From positions 14,850 through 78,849 of the forward strand of contig DATLXU010000136.1 of assembly GCA_035575515.1 (NCBI GenBank): a DNA stretch of 64,000 bases, given 5' to 3'. Made by a program: the position numbers and the translations under genes. Source of the DNA: Blastocatellia bacterium (GTDB lineage: Bacteria; Acidobacteriota; Blastocatellia; UBA7656). Below the pieces are notes generated by a model that saw only the letters and a program-made list of their open reading frames with translations, searched no databases and was not told the origin of the DNA. Shown here one piece after another: positions 11,521 through 20,785 of this stretch; within the stretch, counting starts at the first letter, position 1; each line of letters starts with the position of its first letter.

Positions 11521-12549
11521 ATGTCACCTAAAACGAAATTTCAGCTCGCGTTGAGCGCGGTCGCCGCCCTCATAGCCTTCGGCACCATCGGCTATAAAAT
11601 TATTCTCGGCCTCGACTGGTTCGATTGCTTCTACTTCACGATAATCACGCTGACGACGATAGGCTATAACGAAGCGCCGAACATGACAGAGCCTGCGCGC
11701 TACTTCACGGCAGTTCTCGTGATAAGCGGCGTTGGAACGATTGGCTACGCTCTTTCAGTCGCCGCGCGCTCCGTGCTAGAGTTCGAGCTAGTTGCCACTT
11801 TTGGAAAGCGAAGAATGTACAAGGACATCAGCAAGCTCACAAATCATTTCATAGTATGCGGCGCTGGTCGCATAGGCTCGCGCGTCATTCGCGAGATTGC
11901 GCGCAGCGGTCAGGAGTTCGTCGTCATTGAAGGCAATGAGGCCATTGCCGATAGGCTGCTCTCGCAAGGCAATCTGGTTTTGATGGGCGACGCGACTGAC
12001 GATGACGTTTTAATAGCTGCGGGAGTCGAGCGCGCGCGCGGACTTGTGTGCGCGCTTTCGTCCGACCCTGATAATCTTTATGTCACACTGACGGCGCGCG
12101 ATTTGAATAAAGACCTGATGATAGTTGCTCGCGCAAACGACGAATCGGCAGTCAACCGCTTGCTCAAGGCAGGCGCCAATAAAGTTGTCTCGCCTGCAAT
12201 CACCGGCTCGAATCAGATGGCGCAGATGCTCCTCAGGCCTGCGGTGGCGGATTTCATCGAGCTTGCGACAATGACCGAAAAGCTTGAGCTTGAGATAGAG
12301 CAGATTGAGATCAGCGAAGACTCACCCTTCATTGGTTCCGCGCTCAAGGATACAGGCATCCGCGCCAGCCTCGACGTTATGGTGATAGCTATCCGTCGCG
12401 CCGACGGCAAGATGATTTTCAATCCTGCGGCTGACACCTTGATTGAAAAGCAGGATGCGCTCGTAGTAATCGGAAGTCACGAAAGCCTCGAAGGGCTTGA
12501 GAAGATGGCCAACTCCGCGAGCCAGTCGGTGAGGCTGCACCGCCATTGA
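11521..12549 (+). CDS. potassium-channel-family protein with RCK (TrkA-N/TrkA-C) domains; filter-like sequence TTIGYNE
   Basis: Two TM helices and a pore loop are followed by a Rossmann motif FIVCGAGRIGS and a TrkA-C-like C-terminus. Confidence 0.8.
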   Translation: MSPKTKFQLALSAVAALIAFGTIGYKIILGLDWFDCFYFTIITLTTIGYNEAPNMTEPARYFTAVLVISGVGTIGYALSVAARSVLEFELVATFGKRRMYKDISKLTNHFIVCGAGRIGSRVIREIARSGQEFVVIEGNEAIADRLLSQGNLVLMGDATDDDVLIAAGVERARGLVCALSSDPDNLYVTLTARDLNKDLMIVARANDESAVNRLLKAGANKVVSPAITGSNQMAQMLLRPAVADFIELATMTEKLELEIEQIEISEDSPFIGSALKDTGIRASLDVMVIAIRRADGKMIFNPAADTLIEKQDALVVIGSHESLEGLEKMANSASQSVRLHRH

Positions 12550-12562
12550 CCCTCGATCTCGA

Positions 12563-13684
12563 ATGACTCAGGGCGTAAGCATCGTCATACCGGCGTGGAA
12601 TGGGCTTGAATTGCTCAAGCGATTTCTTCCTTCCGTCATCCGAGCGGCAAATCATTACAGAAATCTTTCGGGTGCGCCGACGGAGATTATCGTCGTTGAT
12701 GACGGCAGTACTGATGACACGGTCGAGTGGCTGATCCGCGAACAAAAAGCAGTGGGTAATGAAAGGCCATCGGAGTTAGATGAACTGCCCGCCAGTCAGA
12801 CAACTTTGCGAGTTGTGCGAAACGAAGCGAATCTTGGCTTCGGCGAAACGTGCAATCGCGGGTTTGAAGCTGCGCAATACGGGCTGGTCTTTCTGCTTAA
12901 CAATGATGTTGAAGTGAGTGAAGACGCAATAGCTCCATTGGTTGAGAACTTCCGCGACGAATCAGTTTTCGCGGCGCATTGTCGAGTGTTTGAGCTTGAA
13001 AGCAAACGCGAGTGCGGAACCGGAAAACTAGGAGAATTTGCTCGCGGCTTCATCCGTGTCCACCGCAGCTACGCTGTCCTTGATGAATTGTATAATTTGA
13101 GAATGGCAGGCTCGCCCGGTTTAGCTGCGCTTTATTCGATCTTTGCGGGTGGCGGCTCCGCGATGTTTGATAGAAAGAGGTTTCTTGAGATTGGCGGGTT
13201 CGAGCCGCTGCTTTCGCCCTTTTATTGGGAAGACGTCGAGTTGAGCTATCGCGCGTGGAAGCGCGGTTACGTTGTTGTCTATGAGCCGCGGTCAGTCGTT
13301 CATCATCGGGTTTCTTCTACGATTGGAAAACTCAAGCCAAGCAACGTTCGCAAGATTGAGCAGCGCAACCGGCTCATCTATCACTGGGTCCACCTGCACG
13401 ATAAATGGATGCTCGCTTCGCACATCGTGTGGGTTGCGCTGCTTGCCATCACTTCGCCCCTGCGATTCAAAATAGGTTTCATATCATCGCTTGCGGCTGC
13501 GCTGAAGAGGCTGCCTGAGATTCGCAAGCGAAGAAGGGAAGAGAAGCTAGCGGCGAAGCGAAGCGATAGAGAGGTGTTTGAGGCCTTCGCAATTCTGGAA
13601 AAGCGAGATGATTTATTCGCGTATGACGATTATGCTGAGTTGGAAAGATTGAATTCTGATGTCGCCGATAGGCGCAGAGGATAA
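12563..13684 (+). CDS. family 2 glycosyltransferase
   Basis: SIVIPAWNG...IIVVDDGSTDDT GT-A signature. Confidence 0.85.
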   Translation: MTQGVSIVIPAWNGLELLKRFLPSVIRAANHYRNLSGAPTEIIVVDDGSTDDTVEWLIREQKAVGNERPSELDELPASQTTLRVVRNEANLGFGETCNRGFEAAQYGLVFLLNNDVEVSEDAIAPLVENFRDESVFAAHCRVFELESKRECGTGKLGEFARGFIRVHRSYAVLDELYNLRMAGSPGLAALYSIFAGGGSAMFDRKRFLEIGGFEPLLSPFYWEDVELSYRAWKRGYVVVYEPRSVVHHRVSSTIGKLKPSNVRKIEQRNRLIYHWVHLHDKWMLASHIVWVALLAITSPLRFKIGFISSLAAALKRLPEIRKRRREEKLAAKRSDREVFEAFAILEKRDDLFAYDDYAELERLNSDVADRRRG

Positions 13685-13744
13685 TTTCGCGCCTTCCTGC
13701 GTCAATACGCGGTTTCTGCGCGAGGTGAGCCTTAAGATGCGCAA

Positions 13745-14650
13745 TTAAACCGCGCGGGCAGCGACCGTTAAAGTCGCCCCGCTCCCCAGCGCGCTCATCA
13801 GCCAGTCGAATGGCTTGATAAACGGAATCGAAAGCAGAAACAGCGCGTGACCAAACGGGTTTGAATTGTGCAGTCGTGATTTCAGGCTTTGCCTGAGCGC
13901 GTGCGCATTGTGCGTCTTTGAGAAAAGAGTGCTTCGATAAATCTTGAATCCGGTTTCTGCCAATAATCTGCCGAGCGCCTTCGGCGTGAAATGATAGCGA
14001 TGACGCGGCGCATCGAGCGCGAACCAGTCGCCGCGAAATATTTTGGCCTGATAGCTTGCAGCATTCGGCAGTTGAATAATCACCGACCCGCCCGGTTTCA
14101 GTATTCGCCTTGCCTCTTTTAAATTTGCTCGCGGCTCGTTTGTGTGCTCAAGCGCGGACCAGAACGTCACCACATCGAACGCGGCATCAGCACAGGCTGA
14201 CTCTATGAGTGTGCCCGTGAAGACTCGCCCGACTCCAAGCGCAGCATTTGCCGCGCCCGCGGCTTGCTCGCCCATCTCGACGCCATAGCAGTTCCAGCGG
14301 CTTCGGTCGAGCGCACGAAGGAAAAAGCCTGCTCCGCAGCCGACATCGAGAATCGTCCCGCCGTTAAGCCCGCAAGATTTTATGAATGAGATTTTTTCGG
14401 CTTGAGATTGTTTGATCCAATCTTCCGATGGTGTGCCGCCCCAATATTGCTCAGGGTAAAACCATGCAAGCTCGCGGTCGGTCATCTCAGGCAATGTGCG
14501 CAGCACGCCGCAGCCGATGCATTCGACTATGATGAAAAACCGGTTCGAGTTGCGCAGCCGGTCGCGCGCGGTGTAGAGTTCGCGCGATGCGGTTTCGCCG
14601 CACAATTCACAGCCGCGCGGAAAGACTTCGGAGATTGGCTGAACATTCAT
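13745..14650 (-). CDS. class I SAM-dependent methyltransferase with N-terminal CxxC zinc ribbon
   Basis: CELCG...CIGCG ribbon followed by the ILDVGCGAGFF motif. Confidence 0.75.
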   Translation of the reverse strand: MNVQPISEVFPRGCELCGETASRELYTARDRLRNSNRFFIIVECIGCGVLRTLPEMTDRELAWFYPEQYWGGTPSEDWIKQSQAEKISFIKSCGLNGGTILDVGCGAGFFLRALDRSRWNCYGVEMGEQAAGAANAALGVGRVFTGTLIESACADAAFDVVTFWSALEHTNEPRANLKEARRILKPGGSVIIQLPNAASYQAKIFRGDWFALDAPRHRYHFTPKALGRLLAETGFKIYRSTLFSKTHNAHALRQSLKSRLHNSNPFGHALFLLSIPFIKPFDWLMSALGSGATLTVAARAV

Positions 14651-14675
14651 GAAATAAAAATTCTACCCGGCTCCG

Positions 14676-15203
14676 ATGGCTTCGACAATCCGAAGCTGCG
14701 CGCATTTTGGAGGCGAATCAGTGCTACCACAGAAAAAACAGAGAGCAATCGCTTCGGTTCTGCTAATCGTATGCGTGTTTGCAGGCATCATTGCGGATGC
14801 GGGACAGAGAGGCCTTGAACTGAAATCTGGCGCCGTCAAAGAGATTCGCGACGTTTTAGACAAACAAGTCGAAGCATGGAACCGGCGCGACCTCGAAGGC
14901 TTCATGCAGGGCTACTGGGATTCACCCGATCTGACTTTTTATTCGGGCGGCACGACAACATCTGGGTGGAAGCAGACAATTGAGCGGTACAAGATGCGTT
15001 ACCAGAGCGAAGGGCGCGAGATGGGCACACTCACATTTTCAGATTTGAAAATCGAGGTGCTCGGCCCGAAGAGCGCGTTCGTTCGCGGGCGGTGGAATTT
15101 GAAGATGACGAATGGCGAGGCGGGCGGACTGTTCACGCTCATCTTCCGTAAGATGGCCGGCGGCTGGAAGATAGTTCACGATCACACAAGCTCTACACAA
15201 TAA
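14676..15203 (+). CDS. NTF2-like/SnoaL-like (DUF4440-type) protein with N-terminal hydrophobic segment
   Basis: Sequence pattern KEIRDVLDKQVEAWNRRDLEGFMQGYWDSPD...GGWKIVHDH. An alternative GTG start at 14718 is possible. Confidence 0.6.
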   Translation: MASTIRSCAHFGGESVLPQKKQRAIASVLLIVCVFAGIIADAGQRGLELKSGAVKEIRDVLDKQVEAWNRRDLEGFMQGYWDSPDLTFYSGGTTTSGWKQTIERYKMRYQSEGREMGTLTFSDLKIEVLGPKSAFVRGRWNLKMTNGEAGGLFTLIFRKMAGGWKIVHDHTSSTQ

Positions 15204-15374
15204 TCATCACAGGCGATGCAGCGTCATTTCGCTATCAACAGGAGGGCCAAAAACATTTGCGCACGACTGCAACACCGCCTCACGTTCGGCTTGCGCTTGG
15301 GCATCAACGACCGGCGCAATCGGCGTTGAGAGACAGGTTGCGATTATGAGCGTCAATAGTATGCTTGCCATGAT

Positions 15375-15851
15375 TTACCTGACTGTGACTCTGAGCGTGT
15401 AATGCGCTGTTGGATGAGCGGTGACGGAGATATAATAATCACCCGTCAATGGAATCTTGCCGCTCCACCTCTTTCCGTTGTTTGAGTCTTTGCCGAAATC
15501 AACCGGCCCGCTGTCGAGGCCCGGCGATTGACTTATAAAGAACTCAGCGTGATTGCCGCCGAGATCAGTATCGTGCTCACGCCGCCACGAGATTTGCACA
15601 GTCATTATCTGGCCTTTGCGGGCGCGAATCACATAACTATCGTGTGACTCGCCGCCTATGAAGCCCCTGACCGTTGCAGGACTTCGCAATCGCTTTGAGA
15701 TCGTCTGCCCTAATCGCGCTTCGGTGGTAAAAGATTCGCGTTCAGGCCGCGCGAGGAAGCTCAGGAGACGCAAATGGTTGTAATGGGTTGTCAGAACGAT
15801 TGCCTGCGACCCTCTGTTGCTGTTGCTGCTCACAGGCTCGCCGGGCTTCAA
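15375..15851 (-). CDS. hypothetical protein with PPC-like C-terminal beta-sandwich motif
   Basis: The TTG start overlaps the Dabb gene stop. The C-terminus GDYYISVTAHPTAHYTLRVTV is reminiscent of pre-peptidase C-terminal domains. Support is weak. Confidence 0.4.
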   Translation of the reverse strand: MKPGEPVSSNSNRGSQAIVLTTHYNHLRLLSFLARPERESFTTEARLGQTISKRLRSPATVRGFIGGESHDSYVIRARKGQIMTVQISWRREHDTDLGGNHAEFFISQSPGLDSGPVDFGKDSNNGKRWSGKIPLTGDYYISVTAHPTAHYTLRVTVR

Positions 15852-16138
15852 TACTCGAAATCAACCGAGCCGGTCGCTTCGGTCAACTGGCGCAGCTTCA
15901 TGACTACAGCCACATGATCGTCGTGCCGCTGATAGCGTTCGAGCGTATCCAGATCATCGTAGCTTGCAACGATTGCCGCATCCCACGAGCGGGGCGAGCG
16001 CAACACGTCCTCGCCCACTTCATACTCGCGTATCACATCAATCTTATCTGGCAGCGCGCGAAGCTCGTCCAGCACAGACTTTCTTTCCGCTTCACTCACT
16101 TCGGGTTTGAACTTGAAAAAAACAACGTGCCTTATCAT
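15848..16138 (-). CDS. Dabb-family stress-responsive A/B-barrel protein
   Basis: MIRHVVFFKFKPEVSEAERKSVLDELRALP pattern; 96 aa. Confidence 0.7.
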   Translation of the reverse strand: MIRHVVFFKFKPEVSEAERKSVLDELRALPDKIDVIREYEVGEDVLRSPRSWDAAIVASYDDLDTLERYQRHDDHVAVVMKLRQLTEATGSVDFEY

Positions 16139-16169
16139 ATCTCTTGCCTCGTTTCTCTTAATTCATTCT

Positions 16170-17951
16170 TCATGTCGTTCGCGTAATCAACCCGCGCTCG
16201 CGCAGTTGCTCTTCATCAAGCCGCCTGAGCCGCGCCGCCATCACTCGTGACCTTCCGAGATAGCCGAGCAGTCGCCGCTCGTCGCCGCGACTCACGACGG
16301 GCAATCGGCCAATGTTGTTCCTGAGCATCTTCGCAACAGCATCGTGAAGAAGCTCATCCGGATAAGTCACTATGAGGTTGCCGCTTCCTGCTTCGAGTAC
16401 GGTCATATTGCCTTCGGGGTCTTGTTCGAGCGCGCGCACAACATCGCCGCGCGTTATGATGCCTGCAAGTCGCCCCTGCTCGTCAAGAATCGGGGTTGCT
16501 TGTCGAGGCGTGAGTTGCGGGTCGCCGTGCGCTATGCGATCAGAAAGCTCTGAGACCTTCATCGTCGCAGATATAGTCGGCACGTTCGTATCCATCACTT
16601 CGCCGACGCGCGTCAAAACGAGAGGGTCAATCGCATATTCGCGCGTGATGTGGTAACCGCGCCGTGCAACTTTTTCTGTGAGAATCGAGCGGCGCAGCAA
16701 AAGCACAGTCAGCGCGTGCGCTGCGATGCAACTAACGAGCAAGCCTGTGAGCAGGTTCAGGTCGTGCGTCAGCTCAAGCGTGAAGACGATAGCCGTGAGC
16801 GGCGAGCGCATTGTGCCTCCCATCATTGCAGCCATTCCGAGTGTCGCCCACAAACCCGCATCCCCGACCGGAATCCACTGAGATTCGAGCGCGCCGAGCG
16901 CCCCGCCCATAATCAACAACGGAGCAAGAACACCGCCTGATGTTCCTGATCCTAGTGCTATTGCCCACACAATCGCTTTGCCTATAATGAGGCCAATAAC
17001 TGCCGCGCCGATCAATTTGCCATTCAGCAAAGAATGAATGATGTCGTAGCCTACGCCTAAAACTCGCGGGTCAATGAGACCGCCGATGCCGACAAACAAT
17101 CCTCCGATTGTCGGCCACCACATCCAGTGAATCGGGAGCTTTTGAAATGCGTCCTCAAATCCATAGACCAGTGCCGTCAGCAACCCGGACGCGAGACCGG
17201 CAACAATGCCGACAATGAACGCGAACACAAGCCCTTCGCCATTTAGTTCCGAGTGTGGCGTGACGGGGAAGATGGGGCCAATGCCCATCAACGGAACGCG
17301 CAAGGCGGCTGCGACTGCCGATGCGAGCGCGACAGGAATGAACGAGCGCGGCCTCCACTCGAACAGCAACAATTCGACCGCAAGCAGCACGGCTGCTACA
17401 GGTGAAGCGAAGATCGCGCTCATTCCGCCAGCCGCCCCTGCGACGAGCAATGTTTTGCGCTCGGCTGACGAGAGATGAAACAACTGCGCGAATAATGAGC
17501 CGAACGCGCCGCCTGTCATGATAATCGGTCCTTCGGCTCCGAACGGGCCGCCCGTGCCAATCGAGATAGCAGACGATAGCGGCTTGAGCGCAGCCACCTT
17601 CGGCTCCATACGCGAGCGCCCGACGAGAATCGCCTCGAGCGCTTCAGGGATGCCGTGTCCGCGTATCTTTTCCGATCCGAAGCGCGCCATCAATCCTATT
17701 ACGAGTCCTCCAATCGCAGGCGCGAGCACGACCCAGTAGCCGAGATGATGACCTGACGGCGATGCAAGCTCTGCTGAATATCGCTGATAAAAGACGAGAT
17801 TTGTTATTACTCCGATGAGCCACACGAGCGCGTAAGCTACAACTGCGCTCGCTGCGCCGATTACCAGAGCCATCAATGAGAGCAATACAACGCGCACGTC
17901 GCGCGTAAAATCCGCTAACTGATCTCCAATCTCCTGAACCTTATCCGGCAT
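16170..17951 (-). CDS. ClC voltage-gated chloride channel family protein with C-terminal CBS pair
   Basis: GTGGPFGAEGP and GSGTSGGVLAPLL motifs; about 10-12 TM helices; two CBS-like repeats at the C-terminus. Confidence 0.9.
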   Translation of the reverse strand: MPDKVQEIGDQLADFTRDVRVVLLSLMALVIGAASAVVAYALVWLIGVITNLVFYQRYSAELASPSGHHLGYWVVLAPAIGGLVIGLMARFGSEKIRGHGIPEALEAILVGRSRMEPKVAALKPLSSAISIGTGGPFGAEGPIIMTGGAFGSLFAQLFHLSSAERKTLLVAGAAGGMSAIFASPVAAVLLAVELLLFEWRPRSFIPVALASAVAAALRVPLMGIGPIFPVTPHSELNGEGLVFAFIVGIVAGLASGLLTALVYGFEDAFQKLPIHWMWWPTIGGLFVGIGGLIDPRVLGVGYDIIHSLLNGKLIGAAVIGLIIGKAIVWAIALGSGTSGGVLAPLLIMGGALGALESQWIPVGDAGLWATLGMAAMMGGTMRSPLTAIVFTLELTHDLNLLTGLLVSCIAAHALTVLLLRRSILTEKVARRGYHITREYAIDPLVLTRVGEVMDTNVPTISATMKVSELSDRIAHGDPQLTPRQATPILDEQGRLAGIITRGDVVRALEQDPEGNMTVLEAGSGNLIVTYPDELLHDAVAKMLRNNIGRLPVVSRGDERRLLGYLGRSRVMAARLRRLDEEQLRERGLITRTT

Positions 17952-18235
17952 CTTACCTCCTTAGTGAGAAATTCATCGTTGGATGCAATCAGCGTGTAAG
18001 GCGAAGGGGAAGGCGGTAAAGCGTGTACGAGGCTTGTGTCTCTTAAGTATTTGTTGCGCGCTCGAATTTGTTCGAATGTAGCATCATGAAAGAATCTATT
18101 TTATATGCTGGCTTCTACATATGAAAGGTGCCGCAGGATGTTTGATGATGCGAGCGAAGAACTTGCTCGCAATGGTGGGTATGGCGGGCGCGAGGTTGGT
18201 ATAATGTTTGGGACAACTTACGTAAGGGGATAATA

Positions 18236-20152
18236 ATGTCAAAGATCAAAGTGCTGCCGGACTCGCTTGCGAACAAAATAGCCGCAGGCGAAGTCGTGGA
18301 GCGGCCTTCGTCGGTTGTAAAAGAACTGCTCGAAAACTCGCTCGACGCAGGCGCGCAAAAGATCGGCATCGAAGTCGAATCGGGCGGCAAGCGGCTCATA
18401 CGCCTGATTGACGACGGCGAAGGCATGACGCGCGACGACGCGATACTCGCCTTCGAGCGCCACGCCACATCAAAGCTGCGAACGGTTGATGACCTCGAAG
18501 CCATAACCACGCTCGGCTTTCGCGGCGAGGCCTTGCCGTCAATCGCGGCGGTCTCTCGATTGTTCCTTCGCACAAAGACGGCGAGCGATGTTGAAGGCAC
18601 TGAAGTCGAATTCAACGGCGGCAAGCTGGTTGCCGTGCGCGACATCGCGTGGCCCGGCGGAACCGAGATCGAAGTCAAGGATTTATTCTTCAACATTCCG
18701 GCGCGCAAAAAATTCCTGAAGAGCGATGCAACCGAGAGTTTTCATATCACGAATCTCGTGCAGCACTACGCGCTCGCAAATCCGCGCATTGCGTTTCATC
18801 TCATCAACAATGGTCGCGACGCCATTAGAGTGGCGACCGTCGCATCGCTCAAGGAGCGCGCCTATCAGGTACTAGGCAGTTCGCTGCTCAATAAACTCGT
18901 CGAAGTCAGTCGCGAGTCAGAAGGATTAAGAATCAGCGGCTACGTTTCCAACCCGCAGGAGCAGCGTTCATCGCGCGACGCTCAATATCTCTTCATCAAT
19001 CATCGCTTCGTGCGCGATCAATTGATTGGCCGCGCAATCACAGAAGCATACCGCTCAATGATGCCATCAGGCACTTACCCTGCGGCAGTGCTGTTCATCG
19101 AAGTCCCGCCTGCTGAAGTTGACGTGAACGTGCATCCGGCTAAGACCGAAGTCAGATTTCTGCGCGAGGGCGCGATACTCGCATTTGTGCGCGACGCGAT
19201 TGCAGAAGCCCTGCGCGCAACTCAGCCGATTACGCGCGTGCCTCAGGCAAGGGTCGGGGGTCAGGGCTCGGGGGGCGGGGCCGCCGATGAGGCGCGCGCG
19301 CAAAGGCTGAACGAAAGCGCGCAGGAGTACATCTTTCATAGCGCGTTGCCAACCGAAAGAAGACCAATAGAGCCGGTTGCTGATTCGCCAGCTTCGGATT
19401 TGATAATAGCGCCGCGCACGGAAGCCGCAGCCGCGACATCAGACTCTCAACTTCCCGCTTCCGACGATCAGATGCTGATTTCGGACTCTCCAGTTCCGAC
19501 CCTGGACGTTCAACCTGCGGATGCTACCGCTCAACCCCTGACCCCTGCCGAGCAAGCGTTGCCGAATCTCGGTCACGGCATCAAGCCGCTCGGCCAGATT
19601 CGTGACAGCTACATTGTCGCGACCGATGAAGAAGGCTTGCTGCTCGTTGATCAGCACGTCGCGCACGAGCGCGTCTTGTTCGAGCAGTTCCGCGACGAGC
19701 GGCTTGCGCGCGCGATTGATGTTCAACCGTTGCTCATCCCTGAGACGATTGACCTCAGCCCGGCAGAAGCCGATGCATTCGCAGCAGTTCAAAGCGAGCT
19801 TGAGAGCATGGGCATCGAAGCGATGCAGCTATCGGGTCGAACAATAGCGATTAAGACCGCGCCTGCGGGCCTTGCCGCAAGCGATGTGATTGCGCTTGTG
19901 CGCGAAGTGCTTTCGGTAGTCGAGCGCGAGCGGCGCAGCTTCACGCTTGAGCACATACGCGACTGCGTAGCCGCGGAGCTTGCGTGCAAGGCGGCGATTA
20001 AAGTGAATATGCCGCTCACTCAGGAAAAAATGCAGTGGCTGATTGATGAGTTGATGAAGACTCGAAATCCGATGACCTGCCCGCACGGGCGGCCAATAAT
20101 TATGCGAATGGAACTGCGCGACATCGAGCGCGGGTTCAAGCGCCCTGTATGA
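18236..20152 (+). CDS. mutL: DNA mismatch repair protein MutL
   Basis: GHKL ATPase motifs ELLENSLDAG, DDGEGM and GFRGEALPSIA; AGGGGA RBS; 638 aa. Confidence 0.95.
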   Translation: MSKIKVLPDSLANKIAAGEVVERPSSVVKELLENSLDAGAQKIGIEVESGGKRLIRLIDDGEGMTRDDAILAFERHATSKLRTVDDLEAITTLGFRGEALPSIAAVSRLFLRTKTASDVEGTEVEFNGGKLVAVRDIAWPGGTEIEVKDLFFNIPARKKFLKSDATESFHITNLVQHYALANPRIAFHLINNGRDAIRVATVASLKERAYQVLGSSLLNKLVEVSRESEGLRISGYVSNPQEQRSSRDAQYLFINHRFVRDQLIGRAITEAYRSMMPSGTYPAAVLFIEVPPAEVDVNVHPAKTEVRFLREGAILAFVRDAIAEALRATQPITRVPQARVGGQGSGGGAADEARAQRLNESAQEYIFHSALPTERRPIEPVADSPASDLIIAPRTEAAAATSDSQLPASDDQMLISDSPVPTLDVQPADATAQPLTPAEQALPNLGHGIKPLGQIRDSYIVATDEEGLLLVDQHVAHERVLFEQFRDERLARAIDVQPLLIPETIDLSPAEADAFAAVQSELESMGIEAMQLSGRTIAIKTAPAGLAASDVIALVREVLSVVERERRSFTLEHIRDCVAAELACKAAIKVNMPLTQEKMQWLIDELMKTRNPMTCPHGRPIIMRMELRDIERGFKRPV

Positions 20153-20230
20153 TTAGTGATGCGGGAACGCGGGGATTATTTGACTGACTACCCATTCGCC
20201 GCGCAGCCCCTTCTCCGAGTCTCCGCGTCG

Positions 20231-20785
20231 TCATCTACGTTGTCGCGTCCTCTGATTGAACTTCGGGAATTTCGTGCCCGCGCCTTGCTCGCTGATTCGC
20301 GCCCGCTCTTCGCCAATCAAATGGCGGCGAACCGATGCGCGCAATCGAGGACTGCGCTCGACGGTGAAATGATCCACTAGCAGCATCATCCGATGCCAGC
20401 TCGATTCCAATTCGTCTGCAATGCGTGAGATTTGAGTTATGTCGTAAGGCACAGCCACAACATCGCAACCCAATCGAGCGAAGACCGATAGATAACGAGC
20501 CGTCGCAAGATCGGGGCAGAGCAATCGGCGATTGCCGATCTTTAATTCTATTCCAAGCAGCGTGTGAAGCACTTCGACCGATGAAGTCTTTGACGGCGCA
20601 CGCATTTCATACTGGCGGGTGCGCTGCGAAAGAATCTGGTCGCGATAGATTGCCGATATGGATTGGTTGCCTATCTGGCGCATTATCTCTGCGGCGATAT
20701 CTTCGGCTTTGACCGCGCGGGCAGATTTCGATATGCGTTCCGCTATTGATTCGACGTTGTCGGACTCAGTTACCATTCGGGGCAA
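20231..20785 (-). CDS. hypothetical protein (184 aa) immediately downstream of nuoN
   Basis: The ORF starts 1 nt after the nuoN stop on the same strand. I recognise no motif, and the C-terminal tail is low-complexity. Confidence 0.35.
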   Translation of the reverse strand: MPRMVTESDNVESIAERISKSARAVKAEDIAAEIMRQIGNQSISAIYRDQILSQRTRQYEMRAPSKTSSVEVLHTLLGIELKIGNRRLLCPDLATARYLSVFARLGCDVVAVPYDITQISRIADELESSWHRMMLLVDHFTVERSPRLRASVRRHLIGEERARISEQGAGTKFPKFNQRTRQRR

